64,000 bases of DNA. Origin: Octopus sinensis. Taxonomy: Eukaryota. The DNA lies in NCBI RefSeq assembly GCF_006345805.1, contig NC_043006.1:97960001-98024000 (forward strand). The letters run 5' to 3'. A program made the position numbers and the translations under genes. The notes under the pieces were generated by a model. That model did no database searches, was not told the DNA's origin, and was given only the letters and a program-made list of their open reading frames with translations. Each line of letters opens with the position of its first letter. The stretch's first letter is position 1. Shown here piece by piece: positions 25,411 through 38,375 of the stretch.

Positions 25411-26966
25411 ATGATAATAATACTCTCAGTATCAGTATAAAGATGTGTTTTGATCGAGAAAACCAATAGAAAAGATGTTAAAACACCATAACTTTTAAGA
25501 TTAAAAGATTACTGTCTTTTAAGTCGTGACTTGTAAGAAGAAAGCATCACTGTCCTGCGGGTCCACCGTATTTCGTAACGCAACCATAATAGGCTACGAA
25601 TTATATTAAGCATTTTTCTATGTCAATACTGTGTTCTATTTTGTTAACAGTGGTTTTAAATTACTTGTTAAAACTAAGTTCAGGATGGAGGAGAAAACAT
25701 TTTCGATTTCATTGTTGTTTACATCAGGAGTATCTGTTACGAAACGTCGTGACAGAATCATGCTGGCTATAATTTCTATGTAAAATCTGTAGAGATAACT
25801 TTAACAAATAGAGAAAAATGTTATAAAAATCAAGGAAGATACAATGCAATATATAAAACAACTAAGTAATAATTGTTTACGCAAAATATTTACATGAAAT
25901 AACATATATTCATATGGGTGTATATATCTGTTATTGAGAACGTGTATATATGGATGTATATATATCTGTAATTGAGAACGTGGATACGATATACAAATGA
26001 TTTCTGTAATGAAACAGAAAATAAAAATTGCTATCTTATGTACTTGTGCTTTTGATATTTCAGCGAACAAACACGATTATAGACGTTTCATTTTGCGCTT
26101 TCTAGAAATTCTTTAAATAGAGGATCTATGTGACCAAAGAGAAACACAATTCCATGTATAACGGAGTAATTAAAATACTGGGGAATATAGATAGGTATTT
26201 GACGTATAAACATATATAAACGTATCTTTTAGAATATGATTGTTGTTCAGCAAGCTCGGCGGTAAATATACATTCCATATATACGCGTGAGAAACTATCG
26301 GGCTACGACATTAACGGTGTGTTAGCTTTAGTGCCTATGTCCGTCATTTATTTATTTGGAAGTCGAAAAGCTGTGTTTAATAAAAGTTTATATACTGCTT
26401 AGCAATATACATACTCTTAAAAGTTAGTACAGATATTGTAAGGACAAAGTTATGGGTATCGGAATTGCCTTTTGACGTACAAGAGTATAAAAGAAGGTGG
26501 TGCTTATATAATGTGTCAGTTGAAATTGAATTTATATTAGTTCTTGATAGTTCACGGTGTCTATAAGTGCATTTTTGAATAAAATCTAAATTAAAGGTTT
26601 TATCGTTTAACAAAACGGGAAGGAAGAACTGGGAAAGGTAATAGGGAACTTGGAAAGCTGGTATTTCAGTTATCATATATAATATTGGAAGATTTAATGG
26701 GAGGCTATGCGCTGAATGTTTGTGTATTAAATGTTAATCGCCAATATGCGTTATATGAATTAGTTTAAGGAATTACCATAGACACTGGAGGGAGAAATTA
26801 ATAAAAATTTAGTTAAGTAATCCGATTCTATCAGTAATTTAATATAAATTTTTAAGTTTGTTAAATCATCGGATAACTAATTAATGAACTTTATTGTTAC
26901 TCATCATTCCCAAAATAAACGCTGCAAAGGTAGCTTAGCAAAAATGATATTTTCTTTTTAGTTATT

Positions 26967-27480
26967 ACTAGCAGTATCGCCCGGTGTTGCACGGGTTTGT
27001 AAGGGAAATAACTATATAAGCATTTTTAGAGAGTTACTTCCCTTATAGATGCCAATTCGGGCTTTCTTAGTCATTTCTGTTTTGGTATCTTCAAGCCATG
27101 AAGTCGTTGTTCTAAAAGAACGCTGGTCTCCTTGACAACGCTTTACGACGTTGATTTCCTTACACTCCCTTCCCCACAGCTTCACGAGGGAGGGAAGAAG
27201 GGGGAGAAGCAAACAGGTGCAGGTGTGACCATGGACGCCAACTCCGCCGCCATCGACACACGAAAAATTATGCATTAAAATGGAATAAAAAATGATGTTA
27301 AATTATTTTTAAAATTGTAGACTCATCGTAGACGCACGATAATACTCAGACGGGTTGATATGAATCACGACTATAACATACCCGAATTTGGTTAAACTGC
27401 ATCGCAAAATGTGTGAGTAGTTAGGAATCTAAATCGAAGGGGACAGACACTCACACAACTACAGTTTTATATATAGAGAT
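26967..27480 (+). mobile_element. Non-autonomous Helitron/Helentron-like element with extra internal cassette
   Basis: Same 5' (ACTAGCAGTATCGCCCGG) and 3' (GACAGACAC...TTTTATATATAGAGAT) ends as 8896; has a segment at about 27052-27265 that is absent from 8896. Confidence 0.6.
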
Positions 27481-27706
27481 TTAGATTTAATGGGACAACG
27501 TTACATCTACCGGTAATAAATTAGATTAATTACTCTAGATGGTGATTATTCAATTTTAGTGAAAACGTTCATTTGACAAAGGTGAATGGATCGAACATGT
27601 TTGTGCGCAGTTTCTAATATTTATGACTTAAGACAAAATGGAGGTTAACTTGATAGTAACTGAATAAAGAAACATCGCACATACTTACGAACATGTATGT
27701 ATGCAA

Positions 27707-27740
<34 letters not shown>

Positions 27741-27745
<5 letters not shown>

Positions 27746-27989
27746 GGGATATTATTAATAAATATCCTAGAAACAGCTGTAAGACGTTCTATCTATAAAT
27801 GCTCTAATATGTATACAGCCTTGGTTTTTTATCTTATTACGCAAAAAATTCTTATATACAAACGCTGACGTAAAACCAACGTTGAAGCCTTTATTCGCAA
27901 TATTAGCGAATCTGGATCTTAACTATGGTCTGTCTATAGCATTATTCAGCAATACCTGACACCTTAGTGTCTCAACGACACCATTATCT

Positions 27990-27990
<1 letters not shown>
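27741..27990 (+). mobile_element. TA-flanked Penelope-terminus-like fragment starting in a 5'-truncated hammerhead
   Basis: (TA)n-ATGA-A-GGGATAT/ATATCCT-A-GAAA-CAGCTG-TA (27741-27781): 3' part of CTGATGA, helix II, palindromic ACAGCTGT and a GUA triplet. Confidence 0.55.
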
Positions 27991-28056
<66 letters not shown>

Positions 28057-28117
28057 TATATATATATATGTATATATATACACATATATATATATATACA
28101 CATATATATATATATCA

Positions 28118-28155
<38 letters not shown>

Positions 28156-28239
28156 TATATATGTATATGTATGCATCTTTCTTTCTCTCTTTCTCTCTCT
28201 CTCTCTCTGTATATATATATATATATATAACGAAACAAA

Positions 28240-29280
28240 TATCCTCTTCAACGTTGCAAAGAGGATTTTCGCCATAGTGCCATAGCTCCCCCCTCCCAAT
28301 ACCAGAGAACTAAGTTTCCAAAAGGTTAAATATGTATTACAGGAGGGGCACTATCCAACGCAACTCATAAATGATAGACTTAACCGGGCAAAATCGATTA
28401 ATATTAAAACAGTAAGAAAAGCCAAACACAACAACTTATCTATCCTCAACGCATTACCTTATAACTCCACATAGAACCCCAGAAACTAAGAAGCATTCAA
28501 TATCATCGTCCCAAAGCTTCCAATACTACACAGAGACCCCACATATAAGGAAATCCTACGTAACCATAACGGACGCAAGTGTCATAAAGTGTAGTCCCAA
28601 TATGTTGAAAGGATCGGAATTTGCTTTTCAGACAAAGGCAAATATTTAAAATCAAATCTAACTTTATTTGCACCTCCCAAAACATCATTTAGGTAACCCA
28701 ATCCTCGGGCTGCCATCGAAGCTATATTGGCTCAACAGGAAATTCGATCCGAAAGAGATGTACGGTCCACAGACAAGAAATGTCCTGCCCACAATATCGC
28801 TAAATGTAACTCAGTCAACACATTCACGAATGTGCAGAACGATTACAACCACAATTCCCAATTTATCAACTTGCCTTATGGACCTCAATACAGGACTGAA
28901 TATATAAGGCTGATTTATTCAAAAATATAAGCCAGAATAAATATGAACCCATATTGAAAATAGAGGACTTACCCTGTCTAATGTAAGATGTAAAAAACAA
29001 AAAAAATGAAATAAAACTTACAAGTTTACCTCCCTTTTACTGCAAAATAAATGAGTAAAGAATTATCTCCCCTAGCAATATATTTTTCCCCGAAGCAATA
29101 TTTCGTTCTTAACTCTCAGCTTGATGAGCAATGCGAAGCAGGTCCTTACTTCGATTATGTTGAAACAAAGAAACATATATTGTACAAAACTGCATATTTT
29201 TATTATCATGGCTATAATATACTCTTAAATCCTGTAAAACAAACCTTCTGTGTCTTTCTTCGTTTCTTTTTCTCTCTATA
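28240..29280 (+). mobile_element. Penelope-like element 3' fragment (RT thumb/linker, GIY-YIG endonuclease, terminal region)
   Basis: YPTQLINDRLNRAKSIN...LPYNSTxNPRN...FKIKSNF..TSQNII*VTQSSGCHRSYIGSTGNSIRKRCTVHRQ...FIQKYKP; decayed hammerhead TTGATGA...GAAAC at 29121-29166. Confidence 0.8.
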
Positions 29281-29289
29281 TATTTATAT

Positions 29290-29440
29290 AGGCATGGCCG
29301 TGTGGTAAGGTGCTTGCTTTCCAACTACATGTTTCCGCGCTTAGCCTCACTATATCGTAGCTTGAGCAAGTGTCTTCTACAGTAGCCAAATACTTCGCAG
29401 TAGATTTGGTAGAGGAAAACTGAAAGAAACCCGTTGTATA
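29290..29440 (+). mobile_element. SINE family 1, degenerate 5' half
   Basis: GGCCGTGTGGTAAG...GCAAGTGTCTTCTAC...GAAAACTGAAAGAAACCCG. Confidence 0.75.
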
Positions 29441-29541
29441 TATAAGTATATATATAAGTATATATAAGTATATATAAGTATATATAAGTATAAGTATATA
29501 TATGTATATATAAGTATAAGTATATATATTGTATATATAAG

Positions 29542-29602
<61 letters not shown>

Positions 29603-29805
29603 GGCGCATGGCTCAGTGGTTAGAGCATCGAGCTTACGATCGAGAGGTTGTGAGTTCGAATCCCAGACCGAGCTGCGTGTTGTATTCTTGAGCAAGACAC
29701 TTTATTTCACATTGCTCCAGTTCACTCAGCTGTAGAAATGAGTTGCGACGTCACAGGTGCCAAGCTGTATCCACTGTTGTCTTTCCCTTGGATAACACTG
29801 GTGTC
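29603..29805 (+). mobile_element. SINE family 2, 3'-truncated
   Basis: Matches the first 200 nt of 21051. Confidence 0.9.
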
Positions 29806-29814
29806 GACTAGATT

Positions 29815-30634
29815 CTAATGAATGACAAGATATTGACTATAAATCAAACAGCGAATGATATTAGCATAGCCTGTGAGGGAGTTGAGAATATTCTTCTCAA
29901 TGAATTCGGAATGACAAAGTTTTCTGCTCTGTGGGTTTCACGTCTTCTGGCACCTGATGAATACCACACCAGTCATGTCACATCACGGCAAAATCTGACT
30001 TTGCTTGAGGCAAGCCCAGTTGGTTGGTTTTATTTAACGTTTCCTAAGTCAGAAGGAGTGTTGGCTTCACCAATTTGAAGCTGAGACTAAAAAACAATCC
30101 ACGCAGTGGAAACATCCCTCCTTGCCATCGTCACCCTCATCTGCAGGGAAGGTGATGTATAGTGTTTATTTACTATATTGAAATAGGCCACACCATTAAA
30201 GGAGAATATTATGTCAAGTTACTAAAGAGGTTACGAGAGTTTATCAAGACTGAAGTTTATCAGGAGAACTGACGGAAGGGGTCTTGGTTCATTAGAACAT
30301 TGCTCCAGCACACAAGTCTTTTGTTTCTGTGGGTTTGAACTTGTTGATCACCCTCTCTATTCTCTTGATTTGGCTTCTGATATTTTTCTTCAGTGAGATG
30401 AAGAACCACATAACTGGGATCCAATACTGCGGTGATGATGAATTCATATCTGCTGTCAATCACTTTCTTTTATCAACAGGATGGAAACTTCTTCATCAAT
30501 GGGAATCAAGCACTGTAAAGCTGATGGAAGACGTGTGTGGACCGCAAGGGGGACTATGTTGAAAAATAAGCCTTATTTGTTCACACTGTAAGAAGGTATC
30601 TTCGTCAGCCTATTAACATTTCAGCCGATCCTCG
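29815..30634 (+). mobile_element. Decayed mariner (Tc1/mariner) transposon, 3' two-thirds with right TIR
   Basis: FGMTKFSALWVSRLL (WVPRxL motif), EAETKKQSTQWKHP...SAGKVM, ELVDHPLYSLDLAS (YSPDLAP motif); TIR ...AGCCTATTAACATTTCAGCCGATCCTCG at 30604-30634. Confidence 0.88.
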
Positions 30635-32426
30635 AATATATTCATATAGAGATGAAAGGACATTGATTTCCCCCATTCCTTAATCAATGTGTATCGTTTT
30701 AATTTACAAGCTTAATGTCTTGCTACTTTCTTAAATAAATACACATCGTGTATTTAATCAAGATAGATAGATATGATTTATTTACGATAGATATGATTAC
30801 AAGATGACACTAGCTATTAAGAGTTACAGAACGCTACAGACACAAAGGTAAGTTAGAGTATATAATTTATTTATTTATTTACATAGCTATTTCCTTATTT
30901 TCTCTTTATTCTTTTTTGTTCTCTCCTCACCCCATTTCTTGACCAGTCAATTTCAGTTTGTGATTTTAGGTCTTATATTATGATTATCTTCCTTGTAATA
31001 TCTGCCTGCTCTAGGAAAACCACAAATGTATAATTTTTTAGTGTTATTAATTCATTAACCAGCACATTTTACATTGGTGAAAATGTGCTTTTTTCAAGAA
31101 AATATTCGAGGAAGAGTGAAGTAGGAGAACAAATTTGATAGCACAAAATTTTCTTCATGCTATTTAATTTAACGTTTCAACATTAAATATTCAAAGCCTG
31201 TTTAAGACCTTAATCTGTCGGACACCACCACCATTTCTCTGAAAAAAAAACAAACAAACAAACAAACAAACTAGGCAGTGAAAAATGTTAAAATTTGGAT
31301 GTAACTCACAAAAAATTCGATTTAGAAATAAAATGTTATTTTAGAATATAACAGTGAGAGAATAGTGTAGTTAAACATAGATACAAGACACGAAAAATCT
31401 GAATAATATTACTATCAAAATGGCCTATATTTCCAGATGTTTCTGAAAAGCAATATAGTTATGTGTTATTGTTTTTTACTTGTTGCTGCAGTTCTGTATC
31501 TATTTACATATTTCAATTTTGCAAAGGACAATTTATGTGTTTTTGGAACCTAGTGAAACATATTGTTGGCAATTTTTTGAATGAGTTCATAAACTACATT
31601 AAGCAACAACCATTTCGATGAGTATCAGCGAATAATGCTCTAGATTGATTGTAAACAGAGATATAAGTTATTTGATTTAATGAAAAGTAAAAGAATTAAA
31701 TATTTACTGTTTTTCAATGTTTCGTTTAATATTATAATGGTGTTAGATTATAATAAAAGTTAAATTTTATCAAAGGTTGTCTCTAATATAGTTATTAAAA
31801 ATTTATAAACCATACTTTATAGCGAATAAATAAACCGTTTCCATTATTAAAAGACAATTATATAATTATATGTCGAGAGGAGAATAAACATAGACGCATA
31901 TACATAAAATCATATTTATGTTTGCGCGCAGCGCGTGTGTGTATGTATGCATGTATGTATGTATATATCTGTATATATTTACGTGTGTGGGGGCATTTAT
32001 GATTCTTTGTATTTTATCGCACTGTTTTTCACTGTTCTGTAATAAATATACTTATTCAAATGTGTATGTAGATGAGCATATGCGTGTACGTGTGCTATTT
32101 TATTTCATAAGTAGCTAATTCAAATTGTATTATTGTAGTTGGAGTGTTCGGCTGACGATAATAAAGGCCAGGATATGAAAGCCTCCCAGGTTTAACGCCC
32201 TTGTATATTGCACTATTCTTCTCACATGATATAATTATCGGTTGGATGTTAGTGAAGGTCTGTGTGTGCCAAGTTGTCTAACAATATATGTTTCATTGAG
32301 AGGTGGAGTTAAGTACGGAGTGGCCGCTTAAGTGTCTCTCCATGTCTAGTACTAAACAGGCACCGTCAATGTTAGCTTCCGTAAGGAATACGGCATCCAC
32401 TAGTAACTGAACTGTATTCAAGTGAC

Positions 32427-32460
32427 AGCTGTAATTCTATCTATCTATCTATCTATCTAC

Positions 32461-32524
<64 letters not shown>

Positions 32525-32560
32525 ATATCTATCTGTCTGTCTGTCTGTCTGTTTGTCTGT
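32427..32560. repeat. (TCTA)n/(TCTG)n tetranucleotide tract
   Basis: Seen directly; similar (TCTA)n tracts at 49630-49820 and 50136-50400; (TACA)n at 24870-25000 and 32897-33045. Confidence 0.95.
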
Positions 32561-33234
32561 ACAATGTGATAATTGTATATAAATATGTATACATGTGTGT
32601 GTGTCTGTGTGTGTATCTCTTTATTTAACGAATTCCATCTTTTAGTTTAGAGAGCAATATTCGCACAGGCAAAGGTTTGTTGTCCTCATCCATCAAATTT
32701 TTTCCTGCCTGTTCAGTTACTTTTGTGGATTTATTTCTCTATGAAATTTAATTAAAATAATTACACCTTATTCATTTAGATATACCACTCATGAAATGCT
32801 TTGGAGTGTTTAAAAGGCACATATTGTTTTACTCACAATGTGTTGCAAAATGACAAGCATTGACTGAATAAACTGCCCAACAGAAGTATTAAGCAATGCA
32901 TACATACATACATACATTCATACACACATACATACATACATACATACATACACACATACATACATACATACATACATACATTCATTCATACATACACACA
33001 TACATACATACATACATAGTACATACATACCTACACACATACACACAGAAATATAATGTCAAACTCCAATCTGTGTGCTCTCGAAACACTCTGCTCATTC
33101 AAGTATTCTAAATTCTTATGTGTGTTGTATTTATGTAAAGTATGCATAAGAATTGAAAATACTCGAATAATAATACCAATTTTTTCCAATCCACCATGTT
33201 GATATATATATATATCTGTTGATATATATATATA

Positions 33235-33405
33235 GGCGCAGGAGTGGCTGTGTGGTAAGTAGCTTGCTAACCAACCACATGGTTCCGGGTTCAGTGCCAC
33301 TGCGTGGCACCTTGTGCAGGTGTCTTCTACTATAGCCTCGGGCCGGCCAAAGCCTTGTGAGTGGATTTGGTAGACGGAAACTGAAAGAAGCCTGTCGTAT
33401 ATATG

Positions 33406-33436
<31 letters not shown>

Positions 33437-33648
33437 TTGTGTGTCTGTGTTTGTCCTCCTAGCATTGCTTGACAACCGATGCTGGTGTGTTTATATCTCC
33501 GTCATTTAGCGGTTCGGCAAAAGAGACCGATAGAATAAGTACTGGGCTTACAAAGAATAAGTCCCGGGGTCGAGTTTCTCGGTTAAAGGTGGTGCTCCAG
33601 CATGGCCGCAGTCAAATGACTGAAACAAGTAAAAGAGAGTAAAAGAGA

Positions 33649-33650
<2 letters not shown>
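33235..33650 (+). mobile_element. SINE family 1, full length
   Basis: As 6189. Confidence 0.95.
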
Positions 33651-33683
<33 letters not shown>

Positions 33684-33687
<4 letters not shown>

Positions 33688-33907
33688 AGGGTTTATTGAA
33701 AAGTTTCTGGCTTTGGGGAAAAGAAAATACAGGAGAATCAGTTAATGATGATTTCATTCAACATATTTCTCTCTCAGATTCACAAACCTATTTTATCGGT
33801 CCTTCCCTTTTTCTAAACAACGAGAAAGAATAATTCGAAACTTTTGGCTTCCAACCAGGCATTTCTCGATACTCGTAAAGCTAAGAACTTTTCAGTAATC
33901 CTTCGTA
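33684..33907. mobile_element. 224-bp mariner-type MITE with about 30-bp TIRs and TA ends
   Basis: TATGAGGGTTTATTGAAAAGTTTCTGGCTTT ... AAAGCTAAGAACTTTTCAGTAATCCTTCGTA. Confidence 0.85.
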
Positions 33908-34874
33908 CATACACACACGTAAACACACACACACACGTACACACACATACACACGCACACATACACATACACACGGACGAGCGCACGCACACAGACACAC
34001 ATGTGATGGGTTCTCCCGTCGAATACAATGTATGTGTGTTTAGCTTTTGCCGAACGACCTGCACAAATGATTTCTTTACAGTGATCAAATGAGCGTACCG
34101 TACATTAGGTCACTCCTTCCATGAAATCGATAGTGTCTGAGCAGGCGCACGGTGTACGTCACGTCAGGTGTCGAAGTGATCGTAGGGCGATATGAGATGA
34201 AGCCTTTTACCGAAGAACGCAACCTATCAATTAATATATTTGATATGAACCCAACCTATCAATCAATATATTGAATAAGTGATTATATTTACTTGTAACA
34301 TAAATTTTGCTATGGGCAAGTTGAATAGTAAGAAAAGTAGGGACTGGCTTGTGAGCCTAAATAGTTAATCATTTTGATCAAATGAGTGGAATAAGGACGT
34401 AGACGAACGTGACATGGACATACTGAATGAGATGAAAAATAGTGGCAGGCTTGTAAACAGTTAATCAGCATTAACATAAAAGTGGAATGCTAACATAATC
34501 CACCTCTTCTGAGCTATGCCTATCCCTTGTCCAGTAAGTTAAAAAATCGACTTTTACGAGCTATTTTTAGAACAGAATCCAGGCGCATATGCCACAATTC
34601 AAAAGGAATAAACTCCTCATCATGTTGGATGTGAAAATACCAGTCAATTTTACCCTCAGAAGGCTTTTTCAACTTCATAATACGCTTCAAAATTCGGATG
34701 ACAGCAATCAATCGACAGCAGCGTAGGCAATGTGAATGACGTTATTAACTGACTGGACCATGATAATAAATTGATTATTCTATGTATGTATTTTCCCTCT
34801 TCTGTGAATTTTTAAACTTTTCTTTTTTATCGAAAACCAGCAGATGTACCCGGCGTTATTCGGGATTAAAATGG

Positions 34875-36468
34875 CATAGCTTTTATTGTTTTACTTGTTT
34901 CAGTCATGGAACTGTGGCCATGTGACATTCAGTCATGTGACATTCTGGGGCACCACCGTTGACTGAGCGACACCATTATTTGAAACCTCTGATATATCGA
35001 ATTTGGTCAATGAAGGAGACTCAAGCCGCTGCCCTCATCTGTGTTTCCAGCCATGACGTGGGCTCGTCTGAAACGCTTGACAGGAAGGGATCCGGTTTTG
35101 TTTTAAAGATACATCCACACCATGCTGGTCTCTCAGGTATTTTGGAAGGATACTGAAAGATCTGTGGGCCCTTGGAGCCCATGCTTTTGCAGTATCTGGT
35201 CCTGTATTTTGATTGTAATGCTGGGATCTTTCTCGGTGGCTGATACGTTGTTTTGACACGATTTTCTTAGTCTAGCTTCGCTGGATTCCGCCGTGGGTTT
35301 TGAATTGTGTGGAGACCATAGTTGGGAGCAGTAGTTTAAGCCGCTGAGGACGTATGTTCTCTAAAGGATCATCAATGTCTCCTTTTCTCCTGTTTTGAAT
35401 GTTCGGAGGATCCATCCAGCTAGCCGTCTGCATTTTATTACCAAATTGGTAATAAGCACTTGAAAAGATGCATCATTACCCATGTCAGTGGCCAGGGCAC
35501 CTGGGATAGTGTATTCTGTCTGCATGTCATTTAGCTTTGTGTGCTGGTAGCGTAGCGTCTGGAATTTTCCTGCATTAAACTGCATGTTGTTGTATTCATC
35601 CAGCCCGTATATTGCGTCCAACTTCTGTTGCAGATGTGCAATATTTCCAGGATTTTGTATTGTCTGGGAGACGTTTGTGCCTCCTGCATAGCTAGCAGGG
35701 GTGGCTATCTGAGCAGCTAAGGCATGTCTGAGAGGGCCACAATGAATAGGAGTGGCCCTAAGACAGCACCTTGTAGAGCACCACTTGCTATTTGTGTTTC
35801 CTTGCAGGTGGCTCCGTTTGCCACCACTGCCTGACGACCATCTTTTAGAAAGTCGTGCACTCACTCTACAAGTTTTCCGCCTATGCCGAGATCATGCAGT
35901 GTCTGACATTTCATTCTATTGTCGACTTTGTCAAGGCAAAGGCTTTTGCGAAGCCGAAATATATTACATCCCCGCTAGAGTCATTCAGCGGCTGTTTAAA
36001 CGCTTAGTTGTGTTTCTCCATGAACTGTGTTATATGGTCGAAATCTACGCTGGATGTTAGTCAGTAAGTCATTTTCTTCAAGAAATGTGATTAGTTTCTT
36101 GCTGACTATTCGTTCTATGACTTCCCTGGTGTGTGAGGTCAGAGAGATAGGCCTATACATTTTAGTATCTGTCTGCATCCTCCCTTATGGATACAGCATA
36201 TTATACCCGTCTTCATTTAGTCTGGGAGCTTATCACTTGCAAGAAAGCCCTGAAAATGAAACTGCAGTGGTTTTCTCAAGGACTCATTTGCCTGATTTAA
36301 GAAGGAATGCTGGGTACCCATCAGGGCCAGTAGCTGAGTTTGTGTCTACCTCATCTCTGGCCAATATTACATCTTCAATGTTTATGTATATAATTTTTGC
36401 CTGTTTGGCTACAGGTAAAGTGACAAAGAATTCTGCTGGTTTGTTCACTTGCCTGTGTCCCAGCGGTG
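34875..36468 (-). mobile_element. 5'-truncated CR1/L2-group LINE (RT to 3' end)
   Basis: [56 protein letters not shown] (YADD), MQFNAGKF, CRRLAGWILRTF; 3' UTR ends ATGACTGAAACAAGTAAAAC. Confidence 0.92.
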
Positions 36469-36632
36469 TATACATGTATACATACACATATTTATGCATA
36501 TATATACACACACATATATACATACATAGATATATATACATACACACATATGTATACATATATACATATAATGATATACATATATGCATACGTACATATA
36601 TATATATGTAAACGTATTCATATACAAAGATA

Positions 36633-36765
<133 letters not shown>

Positions 36766-37314
36766 GTGAAAGTATTAAAACTGAAAATCTATTTATAGCT
36801 TACCCTATCGAAGGTTCACTTTTATTTTTCGAGTTTTAAGACTTAATACAGAACCAGTGCCAATGTTGCATTGTTTTCATATGTTGACTCTGGGGTCACA
36901 TAGTATTAACATGTAAAATTTGATTTGATTTCGCTGAGCTGTTAGAGAATGCATTGGGAACAGAAGAAATACAAATGGTTTTAATATAGATATTTACTGT
37001 TTGTAAAGTTTCTATTTATTATTTGAGCCCTCTCCGTTATTATTTAGTGACTTGTAGCAATGGGGCTGACATTTGTGAGAAGGATGAACATTGTTAGTGA
37101 AACAACATGTTAAGTAATTTTCGTTATTCAAGACAGGTCACATATTAAGTTGCCTCTTGTTCAATAAGCGATATTTAATTATTGTGTTTGTGTAGCGAGG
37201 GTCACACATAGCACATATTAATATACATCGGTCTCATAATTACTTGAAAGTGAAAGTGTCTGAAAACTGATTAGCGACATAGATATTACTAATATATATA
37301 TATATATATATAAT

Positions 37315-38068
37315 TACAGTGTACATTTAAAAATATTAAGAGGTGTCCATCATAGGACTCCCGTACGCTAGAAGGAACAATTAAAGTCCAAACCACTACT
37401 TAGGGATACATTCTCGAAGGGAATGAAAAAAAAACATTTAACATTTACATTCTATTTCCTGGACCGGGTTCTGACTTTTTTTTAGGAAACAAAATAATTT
37501 GCCAGGCGAAGTCTTCGTCAGTAGGTACGCAAAGATTAAATATATAAACACGAAGCCAATGCAGTAAGTGCCTTTTCCTTATACATTTTAACTTTTTCCA
37601 AATCCACCGCGCCATCGCATTCTGTTTGTCGCCAGCAAAGTATGCCGGCAATTTCTTCACATAATAATATCAAGGTAATAAAAATTTTACAAATTTTTAC
37701 TACCAGTGGCCTAGCGTACAGAAAAATTAGTCAATAGACTATATATTATTCATATAAAATACAGTGTACATTTAAAAACATTAAGAGGTGTCCATCATAG
37801 GACTCCCTTACGCTGGAAGGAACAGCTAAAGTCCAGGAAATAGATGGTAAATGTTTTTATTTTTCATTCCCTTCGAGAATTTATCCCTAATTAGTGGTTC
37901 GGACTTTAACTATTCCTTCTTATGTAAGGGAGTCCTATGATGGGCACCTCTTAAATCTGCTTATGATGTACATTGTATTTTAAATGAAGAATATATAGTC
38001 GATTGACTATTTGTCGATGCGATAGGCCACTGGGAGTAAAAATTTCTAAAATTACCCTGATATTATTA
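37315..38068. mobile_element. Three Penelope-terminus-like copies: two tandem on minus (37315-37655, 37662-37834) and one inverted on plus (37831-38068)
   Basis: Shared TAAGAGGTG(T/C)CCATCATAGGACTCCC block in all three; terminal TAATAATATCA(A/G)GGTAAT; decayed hammerhead CTGACGA-AGACT...AGTCA-GAACCCGGTC on minus at 37457-37525. Confidence 0.8.
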
Positions 38069-38150
<82 letters not shown>

Positions 38151-38204
38151 CATATTTATAAATATGTATTATGCATATATGTATGTATATATAGGGAGAA
38201 TTCA

Positions 38205-38375
38205 CAAAAAAAAGACGAAGACATATGGTGTAGATTTCAAGCAGATGTATTACTATAACGCTCTGGAAGTGATAAAGTCTTTAACGTTTCGAGCCTACGC
38301 TCTTCCACAGAAAGGAACAGAGAAAGAAACAAGAAGAGAAAATAAAGAATGTGTAGTGGCTATACATGTATATAT
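38205..38375 (-). mobile_element. Short TA-flanked Penelope-terminus-like element
   Basis: About 170-bp insert between TA-rich tracts carrying the minimal hammerhead at 38279-38314. Confidence 0.65.
38279..38314 (-). ncRNA. Minimal type I hammerhead-like motif, A6U core variant
   Basis: CTTT-CTGTGGA-A-GAGC-GTAG-GCTC-GAAACGT-T-AAAG: helix I CTTT/AAAG, helix II GAGC/GCTC, palindrome ACGT, GUU triplet. Confidence 0.6.

Noticed and set aside
32152-32190. CTGACGA...GAAA hammerhead candidate
   Set aside because: Only 3 AT pairs in helix II and 2 bp in helix I; compatible with chance.
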